Shown: piece by piece, positions 49,396 to 61,575 of the stretch
Layout of the letters: every line of letters begins with the position of its first letter
Position numbering within the stretch: position 1 is the stretch's first letter
Assembly (NCBI GenBank): GCA_030704615.1
Contig: CM060733.1
Coordinates: forward strand, 25,730,001 to 25,794,000
Length of the DNA: 64,000 bases
Reading direction: 5' to 3'
Source: Takakia lepidozioides
Taxonomy: Eukaryota > Plantae > Bryophyta
Notes under the pieces: generated by a model
What the model saw: the letters and a program-made list of their open reading frames with translations, nothing else
Databases searched by the model: none
What the model was told of the DNA's origin: nothing
Made by a program: the position numbers and the translations under genes

Positions 49396-51310
49396 AGAAG
49401 ACCCCAGGGAGGCCAAGTATATCGATAATGAGGAAAAATAAACCTCACGTGACAAGACATGGAGGCTGAAAAGGGGACACCACCCCGTAACCAGGAATGT
49501 CCAAAAGGTAGGTCCTATAGAAAAGCTACTGGAAAAATATGAGAACAACAACATGAGTAAGAACAAGGACCTGAAACAAGGGTTTTCCTTCTTAAGAAGG
49601 AGAGCCGGGCCTTAGATTTGCCCTTCCTAAAACTGCGCCTATGCCTCCAATTTACATCAGATTCGCCCCCATTGCGGGGGAGAGACGAGTGCTAATGGAG
49701 CTGCCAGCACGCCGGGAGGTGTCGTTCCATCTGAGGTTTTGTTGCATAGTTGACCGCCCTTCACCCATGTGATATCAAAACGAGCGAGTAGCTGTCTTTT
49801 CCTCTTTTGCGAACTTCTGGGAAGAACTGCACACAAAATGTACCAAGCTCTCCTAGCTTCAGACAAAAGGTCTGAGTGAACTCGATATATAATAGCTCTC
49901 ACACAGCGTAACTGCCCATCCTAGACTAAAGTGCATCGTGATTTCCAAATGTTCCAGAGAGTGTGGGCTCGGAGGGTTGCCCATACAGGGCAATGACTCC
50001 ATATGCCATGCAATTGCACATTTAACAGCAAAACAGAGGGCAGTTTGGAACAGCCGTGAGTTCTAGGAGGCATAAAACAAGAGTACCAGATTCTAGATGT
50101 AGGATGACACAGGGCATTGAAGAAGACAATGTTTTATTGTTTCTACAACAAGTCGAGAACAACATGAACATTAGCCCTAGTCGTCAGAGACGCAGTAAGA
50201 AACGGGAAGGAGCTTGTCAGTTGTTTTCCAAGAAAAATCAGAGATCTTAGCCGCTCTATCTTTCCTCAAGATGTCAGCCCAAATTCCTTTCCAAGGCAAG
50301 TATGTGTTGTGGACGTGCCCCCATTTTGCGTTCCATTTTGCACTCACAAGATTAGGCTGATTCATCAGGAATATCCCATCTTTATAGAATAGGCAAAGAA
50401 GGGGTCATGTGTCTCGTTCATCCAGCTCCACTCGGTTGGATCACACTGTAACAAATTCAAGCCGGGTGCCTTCAGAAACCAACAATAGCTTCCTGAATAA
50501 ATGTGAATATCATTTGGGGGGAGGGGGGGGGCTTGGGGTCAATTGTCCCTAAAAGTAGACTGAAGACCCGAATCGCATAAAGTGTGGATTCTGGCAAAGT
50601 GGCCCAAGATGGGTCATGCAAGTTCCCTATAGAGTCTGCCATGAACTTCCATCATGTAAGCGAAAGATTTGACCTGAAGACAACATAGAAGGCAAAAGAG
50701 CCATGACTATTCTCATCTCCTAGCCAGGCATGAATAGCTCTGCGATTAACTGGAAGGGACCAAATATTAATCCAAGAGGTGGGAATTTGCTGAATGATCA
50801 AATCAAAAGCAAGAGCCCTTCTGGCTGAAACCAAACCCAAAACATCTCGTGATAATAAGAACTGTCCAGAATCCCAGATGTGGGAAAACCCAACTTCCTC
50901 CATGCTGCCCACCTTTCGAGCTGCATTTCAAAAGAAGATTTAAGTCAGAGTTATAGTTAAGAAACAAGGGCTTGTGTAGAGCTTCATCCCCGGAGTGGGG
51001 AGTGCGTTGCAATAGAAATAGCCGGATTTTTAGCCAAGAACACCAGATGGAGTGCCAATCAGATGATCCAAAAGTATGGACCCTATTCAAACCTGGGCCT
51101 TGGATGAGCCGGCGCAGAGAGATAGCCCAGCAGCCTGAGGCTGGGGCTGCCACCAGCACATGATGCCTACCCAAAAGGCTCCAATGGCTGTTCAAATGGA
51201 TTAGCATGTGGGGGATCCATTTTGCCAACAGAGAGACAATTTGCTTGGAGGGATCAATGATTCCCAGTCCATATACTTTTTCTTTTGGGTAATCGGACAC
51301 CAGTTGACAA
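49347..51310 (-). mobile_element. 5'-truncated degenerate L1-type LINE with a (TAAA)n tail
   Basis: GLGIIDP...LLAKW and downstream ORF2 remnants on the minus strand; (ttta)n at about 49358-49394 marks its 3' end. Confidence 0.8.
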
Positions 51311-52131
51311 GAACTCGATGCTTAGTTGAAGATTGGGTTGCAAGAGACCAAACAGAAGCAGTGAACCTTTCATTTTTTTCAGAATTATGTAACTATGACG
51401 ATTAATGGACCTTATGGTCCTCTACGGTAGACTCACGTGAAAGCAAGAAATACAAGACAAAAACCTGATAACAAGAGAAAAAGAAATGTGTAAGGTTTTT
51501 TCTTTCTCTTTTTTCCTTTCTGTCCTCGAAATTGTTGTATGTTTTTTTGGAATTGTCATGTCGGCTGAAACAAAAAAAACTTTGACGACTGATGGACCAT
51601 ATGGTCGTCTATGCTAAACCAACTTTGACCTACGGTCATCATAGGAGTATAAGTATGCATTATGGTCGTCCTTTGATCACACGAACCCCCACATTTAGGA
51701 ACTTGTGTAGCATCAGAGCCACCTACTGCTTGCACGATGTATCTCACTCTCAATACATACAAGTCAAAAGCTTGTGCAAGGTTGTCAATGATATTTTTAA
51801 TTCAATTGTGATATAAGATTTTCAAATTTTTGTTGGAATTGTAACTAACCAAGTTGGACCGGACAAGATCAAATGACCGTCAAAAGACTAACAACCCACA
51901 TCACACTGCAGCCAATAGAAAAACACATGGAATCATACTAATATAAGGTGAAGCAAGAAAAAACTGCTATGCATTACTATAGCTCAAGCTATAACCGGGT
52001 CTTGGTCAACCAGTTACTTGATGTGGGTATGTGGGCGAGATTTCAGAAACCGTGTTGTTCTAGTTTGTTTCACCCAGGCGTCAACCTTTTCCCCCCACCT
52101 TAGCTAATGTAGGCCGCAAGCTTGGTAAATA

Positions 52132-52661
52132 CCGTACTGGGATAGCCGGTTAGACAGAAATTAATTCGAAAAAAAAGTGCCTAATCAAAATAAATTACTT
52201 TTGACAAGAGTGCCTAATTTTCAAAAATTTCTCTAAAAGTGCCTATGGTATAAAAACTTGAATTTAAATTAGAAAAACTAATATAAAATTAAAAAAAATC
52301 TAAAAATGATATTCATTTAAAACGTCATCCATGGACTTAGTTTTCAATTTTCATTCATGGCAGCGGCTGAGTTTTCATGTAAAAGGTCATCCATGGACTC
52401 AGTTTCCAATTTTCATCCATGGCAGTGGCTGAGTTTTCATTTAAAACGTCATCCATGGAATCAATTTTCAATTTTCATCCATGGCAGCGGCTGTATTTTT
52501 ATATTTTTATCTTTGTGATCATTATTTTTAGTTGCCTAATTTGAAAAATTACACATCCAAGATGCCTAATTTTAAAAAAATTCTCAAAAGTGCCTAACTG
52601 CCAAATGGCCCCAAAAATAATTATTATGCAGGCAAGTGCCTAACCGGTTATCCCCCTACGG
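52132..52661. mobile_element. Tc1/mariner-type MITE
   Basis: TIRs ccgtactgggatagccggttagaca and tgcctaaccggttatccccctacgg, TA on both flanks, three internal ~61-bp tandem repeats (52315-52500). Confidence 0.8.
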
Positions 52662-53874
52662 TAGTGTTTGCATTAGAGGGAGTTTTGGCGGTACCCTTAA
52701 ATTGTGGATCTTTGTGCAATTATGATACAACAGTCATGGAAACTCATGACCATGAACGATCATGAGCCGGTCGACATAAAAACTCATGACCATATACAAT
52801 CAAATGTAGGAGCTATCATGCCGAGCAATGAGCAATCGTGCATAGACGACTATCATGAAGACAAACAATTATCTAATGGCCAAATAATTTCCATAAGCTA
52901 CGAAACTTCTTGGAGTAAGGACAAGGGTCAAATCTCAATGGGAGACTCGTGGATAAAGCAAAGATGCATAAGAGGAACAATGGTGCCGGCCCGCTTAGTT
53001 GCAGGTCCAAAGCAGGGGAATTTCATATCCATTAACCCGGCAACCCATACGCTATCAAGGTCTACTGACCTGGAAATGGACCCTCAAGTCTCAGGTCGAA
53101 CAGCGTGCAGGCTGCCCAGCCATTGTATACAACCACTTCATTTGCTCCTTGCTCCTGATACAGCATCATTTCTCTCCCCTAGTAGAGAGTTCCATGTGGA
53201 TTCTCTCTTACGTTTCATGGCTGAAATACATTAGCTTCACCATGGACTCTCTTCCTTTTGTAGGTATGGTATTCAATGAGATAATGAATTAACAAAGCCG
53301 GAACTACATAATGTTACAATACGTCGGCAAGCTATAACCAACAAAATAAATCCGTACAATGAAACAATACAGAAAAAAAAAAAAAAACACACATGAAAGA
53401 GTAGGAAGACTCCTACCAAACTAGGCTTAACTTATGGTGTCACTCCACCCAAAGGACTAGTGCCAAACCTTCCCCACTTGGAAGGTGGACACCTTCTAAC
53501 GGCTGTGGCGGGGGCAACGCAGTTGCCCCACACACCTGAAGTAACTTGTTGATCTGGATACCCCTTTTTGAAGTGGTTTTTGCTATAATGGGTGACATCT
53601 TATCATACACCTATGTGGCTTTGAACCCACATCAACTTGTAAGGCAGCCTTGCGCCTTAACCACTTTGCGAATGCCAACATTGCATAAAAATATGATGAG
53701 AAAAATATATATTGTCTATCTATCATGGATAGTGGTGATAACTAGTGATCAAAACTCTCACATTTGTGGACATGTTGTATCTTCCTATGTATGATATTGT
53801 ACATGTAGCAATAAGTGAAGGCATCCGCACATCAAATATGCATTACATTATTAGACAGAGGCTAGGTGTATGGT

Positions 53875-53941
53875 ATTTTTTGTTTTTTGTTTTTTTAAAG
53901 GGAAACATCTGGGAGCAACAGCTCACAAATCAGGCCCCTTA
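53875..53941 (-). mobile_element. 3' fragment of the tRNA-derived SINE family with A-rich tail
   Basis: tttaaagggaaacatctgggagcaacagctcacaaatcaggcccctt is nearly identical to 58521-58567. Confidence 0.65.
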
Positions 53942-55720
53942 ATGGTATTTGAAGTTGACATGTGCATTATTATCCGAATTTCTATTAGGGCCAGAATCGT
54001 ATTAAATAAGGGTGAGGAAAAAATAACCTGGAGTACAACCATGAAGGATGAAAAAGGAGGCACCGCCCCGTTCGATTAGAAACTATCATTAACATTAATG
54101 AATTCGCTATCCTTACTGGATAAAGTGTTGAATTTGCTTAGCTTCTATTCTTGAGCCTTAGAAACATAAAGTTCCTTAGAGTGGATGAGCTTCAGCTATG
54201 AGCAATGGATGAGCTTTGAGGTTGTTGGATGGTGGAGCCAACACATTGAGGCCGGCCCCATGGACAGATAAAGGAGCATTTTCAAAGGGTTGAACCCAGC
54301 ATCACCTGGTCAGGCACAAGTACCCTACCCCAGTTAATTATTTTAATAACTTCTGAGAACAAAAAACAAATTACTTGCTTTTATTCATGGCAGTGATTCT
54401 GTGTTCAAATCTTGGGTGATACACTCAAAACCAAAACTCAAAACTCATGATTAATTGTCTATCCTTGAGGCTTGGGAGCACTTGTGAAGGGGGCGGCGTC
54501 AATTACACTTGTTGCAGGCTTGTCTTAAATGTGGGCGACTTGTCACCCACCCCTGACAAAACACATCAAATAATGCTCTGCAGCATTGATGACCCCTCTG
54601 CACCTTCGCCATGGAAGCTGCAAGCTCCAACACAGTCTACACACGTTCACATAGAAAACCCGATGAACAGGCCGACATGCACCACGCATGAAACGTGTCT
54701 GCAACCGGCTGCTCTCTCAACCAAAAAAGGAAGGATGCATTTGATGAACTAACTATAATAACTACTAGTACATCACGATTCACAAGAGTGGTGATAGAGA
54801 TCAGAATCTGTATCACCACAAAACCATTTTGCTGAGACAGCTGCAAATTCGCTTTTGACTCGTGACAATACAGGCTGTAGCATCACCATAGTTGTCGTCT
54901 TCCGCATGCAACCAAGATACAAACAGAAACAGACGCCAATTTCCCTTGACAAGACGCTTCCAATCATCTTGGGCGGGGTCGGAACCACAAGAACAAAGTG
55001 TCCCAGACGATGGAGCCCAGCGTTTCGTCTTTCTTTTGTCAACTTATTCCTCCGCCTGTCATTGAAAACTGAATGCTATCCAGTCAGCACCAAACTTGTG
55101 TATGTATGTACGCACGTTGGTGGTAACTTAGAAAAGGTGAGAAGAGACGACTAGCGCAAGACGCTCAAGTGTGCAGTGAGTGAGAAGAGAAAGACAAAAG
55201 AGCCCCCAATCAGTGTGTAGCTGGGCCCCCCACCCTGTCTGTGCTCTGGACACTTGCCATCAATGGCCGCAGCCTCTCTTCTTCTCTATCAATGGACGGT
55301 TGAAGGCATATGTTGAAGGATTGAACCCAGGATCACCCACCCAGGGAAGAAGGTCCCATCGACTTGCCCACCGACTACCTAACCCCGGATGAAACTTAGC
55401 CCGGAGGGAGCAGGGTAAGTTTTAATTAAGAAGTAAGTTAAGAGGGAAGGAATATATGTTGGTCAAAGTGGGGCCACCTTCAATGTACGGTAGTTCATAT
55501 TATTGGGGTGATAAGTGATAGCACTCTGCCCTAAATTCAAAGTCAAGTTTGTCGGTTTCTTAGTTGCCGGGGTCATCACATCGTTAATTATTTTCTTTAA
55601 AGTCTTCAGTCATGTGATAAGTTAGGGGAAGGATATAAGTTAACGGATGAATATGATTTTTTAAGGAACCCCAGTGAGGCAAGTAAGAGAACAGGCACTG
55701 GAGTTGAATGCCTCCCCCTC

Positions 55721-57741
55721 GGCCCGGCGCGCCGACGTGGCCCGCCGGCTACCCGCAGCCGCGGCCCGGGCCTAGTCTGGCGCCTGTCCTCCGCACGGTC
55801 ACCGCGACGTCGGTCGCCCGATGGATGACAGATCCACTGGTGGGCCGCACGGGCTCTGAAATACACTTTCCAATAAAAAGTACAATTGAATTCCTCGGAG
55901 AGGTAGGTAAACCGGTGGTAAGAGTTGCATGCATTAAGTTAAACTGCAGGTTGCAGGGCATCAAATGTTTTGCTTTGGTACTTCACTTCAGAAAAATTTC
56001 TAAGTCCCCTGATAAGATACTTAGTTACTGCAGTGGATCCTCTAGGATGCCCATCTTCATATATAGTCATATATGTATGGGAATACATGAGAAATATGTG
56101 GTTATGCATTTTCCCGGATATCCTCCAGAGATCCAGCAATTTTGTAATTTTTCCACTCCAAAACAATTCCCCTCTATGAATAAAATATGGCGGCTTCATT
56201 CCCTTTATTTTTAATTTTTAAAAGAAATCTGTGGACATAACGTGGTGGCTATGCTCAGATGCCCATCCTCATACATAGTCATACATGAGAAACGTATGGT
56301 CAGGAATGGAATTACATGAGCTGTCTTCATGCACAAGTCGTGGATGCAGTACGACGTATGACAATGCATGAGACTTATCACGTCTTCATGCATTGTTAAT
56401 ACTTTGTCTAATATAATTCGTTTTTTTAATAAAGGGGATGAAGCCCTAATTCTTTTAGTTTACTTGAAAAAAAAATCAAATCAGTTGCATTGTCATGTAT
56501 ATAAGATGATGTCGCGTCTCATTCATGCAGAAGTCTTTGAATGGTGTGTGTATAACAATGCATCAAAACTTATCATATATTTTCATGCATTAGTAATACT
56601 TTTTTTCTATGCATAAAACTCGTGAGGTCATGGGCTCAAATTACAATGAATAAGATGGTGAGTATGAATCCATATATCTCTACTACTATAGATCTCTTAG
56701 TTAATTGAAAAGTCCGTTGCCTTGTCATACATACATACATACATAGCATACATACATGATATCTTGTATTATTGTCTACACTAGGGTAGCCTGTGCCATT
56801 GGCCCAAGTGTCCAGGGTCATGTCATGTAAGCCCAAGTGCAATCTCCTATGCATTCAAGTGCGTCTCCTATGTCTATGCCCAAGAATGACCTCCAAGTAG
56901 CCTGTGCCATGGGTCCAAGTGTCCAATGTCATCTAGGTCATCCAAGTCTAATCATTTTTTTCTCCACGGAATCTACGACCTGATTTGAACCGGAGATCTT
57001 TTCCTTGATATCTCTGCTGTCAAGGAAAGCCCACTTTCCTATTTTTTGCAAATTTCCAATGACCAAAAGTACTTGAAATTCGACATCTCCCACACCGCAG
57101 GTCCAAAAATCGACCAAGCGGTGCACCCACCCCTCCTCACTGAGGGCTTTCCAAAGGTACCAAGCACCAAGGCTAGGGCCCCCGCTGTTTTGGGACATCT
57201 CAAATCTACAAAACAAAACAAAACAAACGTCTCGATTCATATATTGATAAGAAATCAGCTATATTATCATGTCTATGTGCATTGTCATACATACATACAG
57301 GTATATGATATGATGTGTTTCCATGCAAGACTTGTGCATGAAGACAACTCATGTACTACCATGTCTGACCATATGTTTTCCCTACATGTATGACTATGCA
57401 TAAAGGTGGGCATCCAAGTCCACTGCAGTATGACCATCTTCGAAATGTTTCTGAACTAGGAAAACAAAACATTTGATGCCCTCCGAGTAGAATTTAACCC
57501 TGCGACCTGCAGCGTTAACGCATGCAACTCTTACCACCGGGTTACCCACCTCTCCATGCTTATTATCCGAGGAATTCAATTGTACTTTTTATTGGAAAGT
57601 GTACTTCCGAGCCCGTGTGGCCCACCAGTGGATCTGTCATCCATCGGCCACGTCGCGGTGACCGCGCGGAGGTGATGACTCATGAGGCGCCAGACTTAGG
57701 GGGCTGCGGGTGGCCGGCGGGCCACGTAGGCGCGCCGGGCC
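55721..57741. mobile_element. Foldback-type element with long inverted arms
   Basis: Termini ggcccggcgcgcc...ggcgcgccgggcc; about 55721-55990 is mirrored at about 57455-57741, with patchier similarity further in. No TSD seen. Confidence 0.75.
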
Positions 57742-58504
57742 TTTTCTATTTACGCGTCCCGCTTCAGAAATTCACCAATAGACTAGGCAACTTTGCCGAC
57801 CTTCTTCCAACAATGGATGAATAAGTGACCATGAATAAGTCACGTAATTTTATTAATTATGGATGAAAGTAGATTCTCTCTATAGGGGCGACGCCCTGCT
57901 CTCCTTTGCGTTCCATCGCGTTAAGATTCGATTCAGCATGAGGAATCGGCAGTTGGCACCAAATATTCTGTCTAATTCTCCTCAATGTGGACATAATGCC
58001 ACCCAAGCTCTATTAATAAGCATATTTCGATTGGCAGGCTGCTGACCTCTTACAGCTCATTCCGAATCAAGTCAATGCAGAAAACGTATAATAATGGATG
58101 AATAAGTCTTCAGTGGACGTATTATTCAACTTGAATCAAACAGGCATATGATATAATTTCAACTACTGTTTTCGAACACGTAGCCCGAAATTTGAATATG
58201 GCCCCGTTCGTTGAGTAGCCACGTTCTGTCGATTGAACCTCCCACACGTAAGGCATCCATCCGCATGAGCACTCTATTATGGAGTAGCTAGATGGATGTT
58301 TCTACATCGATGAATAACTCTAAATGCAATCGTCCATCGGCAGGAGCATGTCATGGATGACAAATGCGGAGGCTACCTGTCCATGTTGGATTCCTACGCT
58401 GCTATCAATAGACTCTAATTATATTTTATCTATTGGATTCCGTTTGTTCTTGGGGTGCCTTGTGTGCCTTCATTATTTATTTTTGTTTTCTGCATTCAAT
58501 AGGA

Positions 58505-58736
58505 CCTTTTTCTTTTCTTTTTTAAAGGGAATCACATGGGAGCGACAGCTCACAAATCTGGCCCCTTGATAGAGAGAGGAGAAAATAACCGCTCAGTAAC
58601 CTCGCCGTAAGGCTTTCTGATGCGACACTGCGCAGAGGAGGGGGAGAAGAGCGTACCACACCCGTCAAGTAGCAGGATTTGACCCCAGGGTCATCCGGAA
58701 GGCACTCAGTGCACTTTACCAACTGAGCTACTGACT
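58505..58736 (-). mobile_element. tRNA-derived SINE
   Basis: A-box tagctcagttgg, B-box ggtcaaatcc, family 3' end and A-rich tail. Confidence 0.75.
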
Positions 58737-60402
58737 GTTGGTAATTTTTACTCACCCCCGCAAGGTTTTTTTTTGGTTCAATTTGAGGGTTCCAATGCCC
58801 TTTTCTTTTGAGAAACAAAAATAATTTCCTCCACTGCTTTTTAATTCAAAACAAAAAGTTATAAATTTCCCTTCTCACTTGAAAATAATCTAATAATCAT
58901 AATAATCATATTTTGAAAACATAATCATAATAGTTTTGTTCTCTTTATGCTTTTCTTGTCCTTCTTATTCTCCGGTGACATAATTTATTTTCCATTTATT
59001 TTTATTTTGTTCTGTTTTTTAAAGAAGAGGAACGGTGGCCTCAAATTTTATAGATTGTGGACGAAATGTCCGAAATACAAGGAGTACGGAAAAATAACCT
59101 TACAGAAGGCCATGGACGCTGATGAACGAGGATATTTGGTTGACATAGGCTTTTCCATTATATACTTTTTTGCCCTCTTTAAGTGACATTCTATCCCCTA
59201 CTATTTTTTTTAATTACTTTACCAGGTGAGATAATTGCCTTCTATTTCCATAATTGTCATTCTATTTAGGGTTACAATGTTATGGCTCTTCTTTTTTTTT
59301 GGTTATGGCACATTGCTTTTTTCTTAAAAACAAAAAGAGGGGGAAGAGATTACTTATTTTTCGAAAAACACTACCGTAGTACCTTGGCAAGTACAACAAT
59401 CATTTGTCGAGTATTTATTTTATTTTAATAATTTCTTTTCAACATATGGAATATTCCCGTTATTTAATTTCATAAAATCAAATTTCCAAAATTTTCGACA
59501 ATATTTGAAATATTAAAATTTGTGTCGAAATTGCCAAGGTACTTCGGTATCTTGCAGTTTCTTTTTGTATTTTCCGATATTTTATTTTATTTTTAAAAAA
59601 TTGTTTTACTTTCTGCGATTTTTCGGACACGGATAATCTGAAGATGAACAGGGGATGGATGGAGCGAGGATGGATGCAGGACAGCCGCAAGAATAAGGAC
59701 AGGGAGGCAAAGCGGAAGAGGGGCGAGGAACAGGACGGGTAGCGGGCGACAGCTGTATAGCCCGCCCAGCCCGGCCCGGACCGGGCCCGCCCGCGCGCGC
59801 TTTTGCAGAGCCCGCGGCCACGTCGCCCGCTGTGGTCGTACGCTTCTTCAGACGAGAGTGCGCGTCCGCAGCGCAGACAAGGTGTGCGCGGCTGCGGGTG
59901 CTGCGAGGATTCGCATGCGGGCCGCTACTCTGCCTCACGCTGCAATGCGCCCTTGACTTGCATGCCACTCGGTGCTGTGCGGAGGCGTGCGGAAGAGGTT
60001 TGTGGTGTTGAGGGATCGGGGGAGGGTGTTATACAAAGCGAGATTTGAAGAAAGAAGCAGAGGAGAGAGAGCTGGAATTTGTGGTGAATTAAGTGGGGAA
60101 GGAATCTTGAGGTTGGTGTTGGTTGTGTGAGTTTGAGTCTGGGAGATGGAATTGGATTTGGTGATGATCGAGCGTAGGTCGAGCTGGTGATGCTTCGTCG
60201 AGCGGGTGGAGTAGATTCTCGAGTTGGTGAGTAGCGTTTGGCTGGAGAGATTTTGGTTTGGGAGAGGGGGTGAGAAGTTGGAGGCGTTGGCGGAGATCTT
60301 GGTGGGATTTGAAACGTCAACGGGTTGCGAGATTGAAGTCTATTTGTAGGCAGCTGCAAAACCATCGAGCTGTTACTTGGAAACCAAAGTAGATCTAGGA
60401 AA

Positions 60403-61575
60403 ATGGTGTGGATATTCAGGTTATGGGGCACAGCGTCAGTGATACTCGTGGTTGCAGCGCTTCTTCCAGCGTTGCATTCATGGTCGCCGGTTGAAGCAAT
60501 TAGACACTCCCGATTGGATGTAGAGCGGCCCCTGTCACTACCAACATTGCCTAATGTTGGAGTGCTGGAGCTGTCTGGCATTACCAGTCAGATCATTTCT
60601 GCCGGAAGATTCAATGATTGGCCGCCGTTTCGAGAGGCTCCCGCGTTCAGGAATGGGAGGCAATGTACATTTGTGAATCGGAGTGAGAGTGAGCTGGAGG
60701 CAATATGTGATTGGAGCGCTGTTCACGTTGCCATGACTCTGGATTTAGCTTACCTACGAGGATCGATGGCTGCCATTTTCTCTATTCTGAAGCATACTGC
60801 CTGCCCGGAGAGTGTCGTTTTCCACTTTCTTGTTTCGGACAGTGATGCAGAGCTGCGATCTCTCGTTTACTCCACGTTTCCCTTTCTCAGGTTCAAGGTC
60901 TACCATTTTGAGGAGACAGTCGTGAGGCCCCGGATCTCGGCCTCAATTAGGGAGGCCTTGGAGCATCCCCTGAACTACGCTCGCAATTATTTGGCAGACA
61001 TCCTGGAGCCTTGCATCCAGAGAGTAATCTATCTGGATTCTGACCTCATAGTGGTGGATGACATTGTGAAACTATGGGGCACCCGGTTGGGATCACATGC
61101 CGTGGGAGCCCCCGAGTATTGCCACGCCAATTTCACCAAGTACTTCACTCCTGCCTTCTGGACCAATACCTCGCTTGCGAAAACTTTCGAAGGAAGGAGT
61201 CCTTGCTACTTCAACACGGGAGTGATGGTCATGGACCTTGCAAAATGGCGGCAGCAAAACTACAGAAGTACACTGGAAGGCTGGATGGAATTACAGAAGG
61301 AGAGGAGGATCTACGAGCTTGGATCTTTACCGCCCTTTCTATTGTTGTTTGCTGGACTGGTAGAACCAATCGATTATCGATGGAACCAGCACGGGCTCGG
61401 AGGGGATAACTTGGAAGGGCGATGCCGACCACTGCATCCGGGGCCTGTCAGCCTTTTGCATTGGAGTGGTAAGGGGAAGCCCTGGACAAGGCTGGATGCA
61501 CACACGCCTTGTCCAGTGGACAACTTGTGGGCACCCTACGACCTTCTCCTTCCATCTGCATCCCCTTATCTATGA
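60403..61575 (+). CDS. GATL: Galacturonosyltransferase-like protein (GT8 family), intronless, 390 aa
   Basis: N-terminal hydrophobic anchor, [38 protein letters not shown] (DxD), [21 protein letters not shown]. Confidence 0.96.
   Translation: MVWIFRLWGTASVILVVAALLPALHSWSPVEAIRHSRLDVERPLSLPTLPNVGVLELSGITSQIISAGRFNDWPPFREAPAFRNGRQCTFVNRSESELEAICDWSAVHVAMTLDLAYLRGSMAAIFSILKHTACPESVVFHFLVSDSDAELRSLVYSTFPFLRFKVYHFEETVVRPRISASIREALEHPLNYARNYLADILEPCIQRVIYLDSDLIVVDDIVKLWGTRLGSHAVGAPEYCHANFTKYFTPAFWTNTSLAKTFEGRSPCYFNTGVMVMDLAKWRQQNYRSTLEGWMELQKERRIYELGSLPPFLLLFAGLVEPIDYRWNQHGLGGDNLEGRCRPLHPGPVSLLHWSGKGKPWTRLDAHTPCPVDNLWAPYDLLLPSASPYL

Noticed and set aside
52704-55400. Short ORFs such as 52704-53234 and 54773-55042
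   Set aside because: No recognisable homology; repeat-rich context.
59606-60581. GC-rich minus-strand ORFs upstream of GATL
   Set aside because: Compositional ORFs over the promoter/5' UTR with no recognisable domains.
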